A stretch of DNA of 27,584 nt. Source: Candidatus Curtissbacteria bacterium (GTDB lineage Bacteria > Patescibacteriota > Microgenomatia > Curtissbacterales > GWA2-41-24). The notes under the pieces were generated by a model. That model had not been told where the DNA came from, searched no databases, and saw only the letters and a program-made list of their open reading frames with translations. Positions 22,623 through 27,584 of this stretch are shown one piece after another (within the stretch, counting starts at the first letter, position 1; each line of letters begins with the position of its first letter). The stretch lies in NCBI GenBank assembly GCA_016195765.1, contig JACPYZ010000069.1, forward strand, positions 1 through 27,584, in the 5' to 3' direction. A program made the translations under genes and the position numbers.

Positions 22623-24833
22623 ATGCAAAATAAAGTTATTCGTAAAGAAATAGAACTTGGCGGACGCAAATTAAGCCTCGAAACCGGCCTACTTGCAGGT
22701 CACGCTAACGCGTCTATTCTAGCCACATATGGCGAAACTGTCGTTCTTGCAACTGCAGTAACAAAACCAGCCTCACCAGACGTTGGTTTTTTCCCACTGG
22801 CTGTAGATTTTGAAGAAAAACTTTATGCTGGTGGTAGAATCTCCAGCTCCAGATTCATCAAAAGAGAAGGTCGTCCTTCAGAAACCTCAGTTTTAACAGG
22901 AAGGCTTATCGACAGATCCATAAGACCACTATTTCCTAAAGATTTCCAAGCAGAAGTTCAAGTCATAATTACAGTTCTTTCCTTCGACGGAGAAAACGAT
23001 CCAGATGTAGTATCGCTAATTGCCGCATCTTCTGTGCTTGCGATTTCAGACATTCCATGGAACGGCCCGCTTTCTGGAATGCGTGTTGGCAAAGTAGAAG
23101 ATAAATTTGTTATCAACCCAACAATTGCTCAGTCAGCTGCTGCTTCTATGGAGATTTTAGTTGCAACCACCAAAGACGAAATAGTCATGATCGAAGCAGA
23201 AGGAAAAGAAGCTCCAGAAGCAGATGTCGCCGAAGGATTCAAAATGATTATTAAAGAAGGCCAAGCCGTTCTTGGGCTAATTAACGAAATGGTAAAAGAA
23301 GTAGGCAAGGAAAAAATGGAGTATGAAGTTGCCAAACTAGACCCTAAGGTTGAAGAAAAAATTAAGTCCTATATAGAGAAAAATATCATGGCTACTTTCG
23401 AAAAAGACAGCCTGGACGATGGTTGGTTTGGCAAAACATTAAAAATTCTAGAAGAAGAGTTTATCGAAAAAGCGCCAGACGAAGAAAAAGTCCATGGTAA
23501 GGTTTTGGCAAGCATGCTGGAAGATGCATCTACTCAAAAGCTTAGAGACGATATTTTGGTTAACAAAAAACGACCAGACGGAAGAAAACCAGACGAAATC
23601 AGGGAAATTTTCATAAAAGTACCAGTTCTTCCTAGAACCCATGGTTCGGCAATTTTTCAAAGAGGCGAAACTCAAGTTCTCTCGATAGCGACGCTTGCAT
23701 CACCCTCGCTGGAACAATTAATAGAAGGCATGTATGGCGAAAGCAAAAGAAGTTACATGCACCATTACAACTTCCCGCCATATTCATCTGGCGAAGTTAA
23801 AAGAATGGGCTCACCCGGCCGTCGCGAAATTGGCCATGGTGCACTGGCAGAAAAAGCCTTGCTTCCAATGATCCCGTCACAAGATAAGTTTCCTTACACC
23901 ATTAGAGTTGTTTCAGAGTGTTTATCCTCAGCCGGATCAACATCTCAAGCATCAGTCTGCGGCTCAACTTTGGCATTGATGGATGCCGGGGTTCCCCTAA
24001 TAAACCCTGTTGCCGGTATTTCAATCGGCCTAATAACAGACGCCAAAGATAAAGGTAAATACGTTTTAATCACAGATATTGCCTATCAAGAAGATTCTCA
24101 AGGAGACATGGATTTTAAGGTCGCTGGTACTAAAAATGGCGTTACCGCGATTCAAATGGATATAAAACTGGATGGAATCTCCTTAAAAATTGCCGAAGAA
24201 GCATTGGAAAAAGCAAAAGTAGCCAGACTCGCAATTCTAGAAAAAATGCTAGAAGCAATCCCTGCTTCAAGAGAGAAAGTTTCACCGCATGCACCAACTG
24301 TTATTCTCATTAAAATCGATCCAAGCAAAATCGGCGAAGTTATCGGTTCCGGTGGCAGAACCATCAATAAGATCATTGCCGAAACTGGTTCTCAAATAGA
24401 TATTAACGATGAAGGAACCGTCACAATTAGTGGTACAGATCCAGAAGCGTGCCAAAAGGCGGCAAAATGGGTAGAGGGCATCGTCAAAGAACCAGAACCA
24501 GGCGAAGTTTTCGAAGGACCAGTTAAGCGAATCTTGCCATTTGGTGCCATGGTCGAAATAATGCCAGGCAAAGAAGGCTTGGTCCACATTAGTAAACTGG
24601 CCAATCATCGGGTCGAAAAAGTAGAAGATGTTGTAAATGTCGGTGATATCGTAAAAGTAAAAGTTGCAGAGATAGATGATATGGGCAGAGTTAACTTAGC
24701 CATGGAAAATGTTGACACTACTGCAAAACGCGAAGATGCCAGGGGCAGTGGTGGTGGCGGTTATCGCGGTTCAGATAGGCGCAGTGGTGGTGGATTTGAC
24801 CGCAACAGACGCCCTCCAAGAAAAAGGTTCTAA
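22623..24833 (+). CDS. pnp: Polyribonucleotide nucleotidyltransferase (PNPase)
   Basis: FFPLAVDFEEK, RLIDRSIRPLFP, RPDGR, HGSAIFQRGETQ, HYNFPPYS, RREIGHGALAE, GDMDFKVAGT, KH and S1 domains, Gly/Arg tail. ATG at 22623. Confidence 0.97.
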   Translation: MQNKVIRKEIELGGRKLSLETGLLAGHANASILATYGETVVLATAVTKPASPDVGFFPLAVDFEEKLYAGGRISSSRFIKREGRPSETSVLTGRLIDRSIRPLFPKDFQAEVQVIITVLSFDGENDPDVVSLIAASSVLAISDIPWNGPLSGMRVGKVEDKFVINPTIAQSAAASMEILVATTKDEIVMIEAEGKEAPEADVAEGFKMIIKEGQAVLGLINEMVKEVGKEKMEYEVAKLDPKVEEKIKSYIEKNIMATFEKDSLDDGWFGKTLKILEEEFIEKAPDEEKVHGKVLASMLEDASTQKLRDDILVNKKRPDGRKPDEIREIFIKVPVLPRTHGSAIFQRGETQVLSIATLASPSLEQLIEGMYGESKRSYMHHYNFPPYSSGEVKRMGSPGRREIGHGALAEKALLPMIPSQDKFPYTIRVVSECLSSAGSTSQASVCGSTLALMDAGVPLINPVAGISIGLITDAKDKGKYVLITDIAYQEDSQGDMDFKVAGTKNGVTAIQMDIKLDGISLKIAEEALEKAKVARLAILEKMLEAIPASREKVSPHAPTVILIKIDPSKIGEVIGSGGRTINKIIAETGSQIDINDEGTVTISGTDPEACQKAAKWVEGIVKEPEPGEVFEGPVKRILPFGAMVEIMPGKEGLVHISKLANHRVEKVEDVVNVGDIVKVKVAEIDDMGRVNLAMENVDTTAKREDARGSGGGGYRGSDRRSGGGFDRNRRPPRKRF

Positions 24834-25781
24834 ATGCTGCGTTACCCAAAATACGCTTTGGGTCTTTTGATAACAGCAGCAGTTGTGCTTTTTTTAATAA
24901 TTTCCTTTTTCTTTACAAAAAAAACCAACGTTTCTAAATTTAATCTAAGCTCGGAAAATAACAAGTTTCGCCTGCAATTTAATATTTCTCAAAAAGACCA
25001 AAATAATTTTGCTAAGTTTTTAGAAAATGTCTCACTTCCTTCAAATACAGAAAAAGGTATTACTTTTGGCCTTGATGCAACCTCTTCTGCCATCCTTAAT
25101 TTCCAAACACCAATAGAAGGTCAATTGAATCTATCGGCGACAAAAATTACGACAACAGGTAATCTTAACTTTCCACTCGTAACCAAAAATATTTCGAGTG
25201 AATCTTTTCTCTTTCCAAAAAACTTAAGTTTTGCCATAGCTGGGCCCAATCTTGGCGCTAGTGCTGCAACTTATCTCAATCTGCCACCAAAAGTAAAAGC
25301 AACAATAGAAGAAAACAGCGCAAGTGGTGGGCAAATACTTGCTTTCTTTGGACAAGCAGTAGACGGCGTATATATTTTCAAAACTGGGAACTTTGATATT
25401 GAATCGTTTAAAGATGCAAATCCTCAAGGCGGCCTTGTTTACAAGGAAGAAACAACAGAAAATACAAAATTCTCGCTGATTAATAATCTTGCTTCGTTTC
25501 AAGTAGGAGACTGGACAATTATGGCAAGTTCTCTCGAAAACGCCAAAACAATGCTTGCCCAACAAAAAGATCCAAAAGATTCAATCTATTTTCCACCCCA
25601 AACAGGCTCGACAACACCAACTATTGCTTTACTTTTTCAAAACCCAGTTCCAGAACAATTGCTATCAACAATATTTGGCAACAAAGAAAAAATTCCCGCC
25701 TTTCTTGCTAATATTCAAAAGATAGATTTTGCTGCAAAAAATCAAAGTTTTAATTTAACCGTTACGGCAAGAGATAAGTAG
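24834..25781 (+). CDS. Hypothetical membrane-anchored extracytoplasmic protein
   Basis: 315-aa ORF abutting the pnp stop; single N-terminal TM (LGLLITAAVVLFLIISFFF); no family recognised. Confidence 0.7.
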   Translation: MLRYPKYALGLLITAAVVLFLIISFFFTKKTNVSKFNLSSENNKFRLQFNISQKDQNNFAKFLENVSLPSNTEKGITFGLDATSSAILNFQTPIEGQLNLSATKITTTGNLNFPLVTKNISSESFLFPKNLSFAIAGPNLGASAATYLNLPPKVKATIEENSASGGQILAFFGQAVDGVYIFKTGNFDIESFKDANPQGGLVYKEETTENTKFSLINNLASFQVGDWTIMASSLENAKTMLAQQKDPKDSIYFPPQTGSTTPTIALLFQNPVPEQLLSTIFGNKEKIPAFLANIQKIDFAAKNQSFNLTVTARDK

Positions 25782-25807
25782 TCTTGGCGTGATATCATAA
25801 ACCTCAC

Positions 25808-26866
25808 ATGCCTACTGCTCAGTACGAAGACATTCAGCTTTTAGAAACTAAGCTCCAAAACGCCAAGCTCCCCACAGATTTAAAACAAAAAGCCTTAGCC
25901 CAAGTAGAGCGCTTAGTCCGCATGGTCGCCAATCAAGGCTACTCACAAGAATATGATTCTACTGCTCGTTATATAGACTGGATTGTTTCCCTGCCTTGGG
26001 ATAAACGCAGTTTAGATCCTGTAAATTTAGAAAACGCTAAAAAAGTCTTAGATTCAAACCATTATGGTTTGGAATCAATAAAAGAAAGAATACTAGAATT
26101 TTTAGCAGTTTCTGCGCTCAAAAATAAACAGGCTCAAGTAGAAACAGAAAATTCTAAAGCACCCGCTATTTTGCTTTTAGGTTTAGTCGGAACTGGCAAA
26201 ACTACAATGGCCTATTCAATTGCTCAGGCCCTGGGTCGTAAATTCGGCAGAATTCCTATGGGAGGAATGGGAGATGCCCTTCAGCTGCGTGGTCGTGCCC
26301 GCGCATATCCAGATGCTGAACCCGGACAAATTGTCAAAACTATTCGCCGTGCTCAAACAATGAACCCAGTTATTCTTCTTGACGAAATTGATCGTGTCAC
26401 AGACGAAGCGAGAGCCGACATTATGGGCGTTTTAGTAGAACTTTTAGATCCCGAACAAAATAACAATTTCCTGGACCATTATCTTGATTACCCTGTAAAT
26501 CTTTCAGAAGTTCTTTTTATTGCAACTGCCAACAACACAGGTGGTATCGCAACTGCTGTTTTAGATCGTCTGGAAGTAGTCGAAATGCCCAGCTATTCCG
26601 ATCAACAAAAAGTCACAATTGGCAAAGAATACCTGCTTCCTCGCGCCATAAAAACTAATGGCCTAACAGATCAAGACATCGCTTTTGACCAAAACGTTTG
26701 GGAACAAATTGTCCGTCCGCTTGGATTTGATGCTGGCATGCGCACGCTAGATAGAACCATATCGGGTATTTGTCGCAAAGTGGCGAAATTAAAAGTCGAG
26801 GGCCAATTAAAAGAGAAGCTTACAATTACCGTCGCAAACATCAAACAGTATACCCCAAGTTGGTAA
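25808..26866 (+). CDS. Lon-like AAA+ ATPase lacking the N-terminal and protease domains (352 aa)
   Basis: YIDWIVSLPW, LDSNHYGLESIKERILEFLAV, GLVGTGKTT, LLDEID, LLDPEQNNNFLDHYL, FIATAN, LDRLE, G.RTL.R.I..ICRKVA; ends QYTPSW. TG-A-TATCAT lies 9 nt before the ATG. Confidence 0.85.
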   Translation: MPTAQYEDIQLLETKLQNAKLPTDLKQKALAQVERLVRMVANQGYSQEYDSTARYIDWIVSLPWDKRSLDPVNLENAKKVLDSNHYGLESIKERILEFLAVSALKNKQAQVETENSKAPAILLLGLVGTGKTTMAYSIAQALGRKFGRIPMGGMGDALQLRGRARAYPDAEPGQIVKTIRRAQTMNPVILLDEIDRVTDEARADIMGVLVELLDPEQNNNFLDHYLDYPVNLSEVLFIATANNTGGIATAVLDRLEVVEMPSYSDQQKVTIGKEYLLPRAIKTNGLTDQDIAFDQNVWEQIVRPLGFDAGMRTLDRTISGICRKVAKLKVEGQLKEKLTITVANIKQYTPSW

Positions 26867-26926
26867 ATTAGACCCATAGTAGCATTTTCTTAAAATCTAT
26901 GCTATATTTACCGAAGCTGTTGTAAC

Positions 26927-26960
26927 TTGGGAAATACCAACTTTCTGTTCAAGAAAGTTT
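26927..26960 (+). terminator. Two overlapping hairpins between the lon-like gene and ftsK
   Basis: TTGG-GAAATA-CCAA (26927-26940) overlaps AACTTTCT-GTTCA-AGAAAGTT (26939-26959). Confidence 0.4.
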
Positions 26961-26971
26961 ATATTCCTATA

Positions 26972-27000
26972 TACTTTGTACTTTTGTACTTTGTACAATT
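26972..27000 (+). repeat. About 7-nt tandem repeat (TACTTTG) upstream of ftsK
   Basis: tactttg tacttttg tactttg tacaatt. Confidence 0.8.
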
Positions 27001-27017
27001 AACTTATCAGCTTGCCC

Positions 27018-27584
27018 ATGGCCAGACGTCGTCGCAGAACCAGAAATTTAGGTGGTGGTAATCCACCAATTGCACTCGAAAAAAAGACTATAAAAACAAT
27101 TCTCGGAATTGGTGTTATCGGTTTTGCAATCCTTCTCTTAATTTCCTTTTTTAACCAAAGCGGAGTTTTACTGTCAATCCGCGATCCGTTTTATAAATAT
27201 TTTGGCGCTGGCATTATTTTTGTTCCAGCTGTTTTAGTCTTAATTAGCCTTCCACTTTTATCTCTCCATAATCGTCTAACGAAAATCAATGTTATTTTTG
27301 GCTCAATTGGAGCCCTCTTATCATTTATTGGCCTGGTTGGCATTTTTTCTGATGAGTTTGGTGGAAAACTAGGCATGATTTTAGCAAGTACCCTCAGTTC
27401 GTTTGTCACACCAATTGGCACTTTTTTCATTCTTTTACTTACGATAATTGTTAGCGTTGTAGTTGCTGCCAACACAAGCTTAAATGATGCAGTTGGGGCA
27501 ATTGCTGCAGTTTTCAAGGCAATAGCTCACGGATTAGGTGCCGTTAAATCAAAAATATTTAAAAAACCAGAACCCAAGTTTGCC
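27018..27584 (+). CDS. ftsK: Probable FtsK/SpoIIIE DNA translocase, N-terminal membrane domain (partial, runs off the right edge)
   Basis: Open 189-codon frame from ATG 27018: MARRRRRTR basic start, about 4 TM helices, YFG and FGGKLG motifs like the FtsK 4TM region; typical position downstream of rpsO-pnp. The ATPase domain is not visible in the window. Confidence 0.6.
   Translation, partial: MARRRRRTRNLGGGNPPIALEKKTIKTILGIGVIGFAILLLISFFNQSGVLLSIRDPFYKYFGAGIIFVPAVLVLISLPLLSLHNRLTKINVIFGSIGALLSFIGLVGIFSDEFGGKLGMILASTLSSFVTPIGTFFILLLTIIVSVVVAANTSLNDAVGAIAAVFKAIAHGLGAVKSKIFKKPEPKFA

Noticed and set aside
23925-23965. PNPase phosphate-loop variant SAGSTSQAS (canonical SNGSSSMAS)
   Set aside because: The catalytic aspartates (EDSQGDMD) and other motifs are intact; not enough to argue altered function.
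26880-26904. TAGCA-N15-TGCTA, with canonical CIRCE outer spacing, upstream of ftsK
   Set aside because: The inner CTC/GAG bases do not match, the right arm is explained by the TG-C-TATATT promoter, and the spacing differs from this genome's own hrcA operator.
26867-27017. Possible frameshifted continuation of the Lon protease domain
   Set aside because: I could not find GLAWT/GG or PKDGPSAG-like sequence in any frame. The region has stops, hairpins and repeats.
1719-27517. Many short antisense or alternate-frame ORFs (e.g. 2211-2552, 12719-13225, 19876-20358, 24282-24608, 27191-27517)
   Set aside because: All lie within well-supported genes and show no recognisable motifs or expression signals.
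1-27584. Alternative genetic code (TGA=Gly/Trp), CRISPR array, tRNA/rRNA, IS or prophage
   Set aside because: TGA terminates trxA and dnaJ at expected positions and no gene needs read-through. No repeat-spacer array, cloverleaf, transposase or phage gene seen.

Overview
A 27.6-kb, roughly 38-40% GC (by eye), gene-dense core-genome segment of a small-genome bacterium. It is most likely Patescibacteria/CPR, Microgenomates-like (inferred from shortened housekeeping proteins and gene order). It uses the standard code 11: TGA ends trxA and dnaJ. Gene order: pcrA/uvrD (partial, -), trxA-tpiA-LCP, a 77-aa secreted LPNAG micro-protein (-), rpsT (-), murJ, DUF378-like, lepA, a half-length SRPBCC (-), DUF4389-like, M32 carboxypeptidase, a heat-shock operon (hrcA-grpE-dnaK-DUF6941-69aa-dnaJ-B3/4-57aa), a 44-aa ORF, an orphan thrC, nusA-infB, a degenerate DHH protein, rpsO, pnp, a membrane-anchored hypothetical, a protease-less Lon ATPase and the start of a probable ftsK. 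I found no rRNA, tRNA, CRISPR or IS element. The most interesting signals are: (i) an HrcA missing its central ~100-aa domain, paired with a CIRCE operator one base longer than canonical; (ii) a minimal Ser/Gly-rich sortase-type substrate facing an LCP transferase; (iii) a Lon with no protease domain; (iv) a terminator/antiterminator in the nusA leader and an RNase III-type stem in the pnp leader; (v) period-7 tandem repeats in three leaders and in frame within lepA; (vi) many leaderless extended -10 promoters, with strong SD sequences at only two genes. All family calls are from motif recognition; no searches were run.
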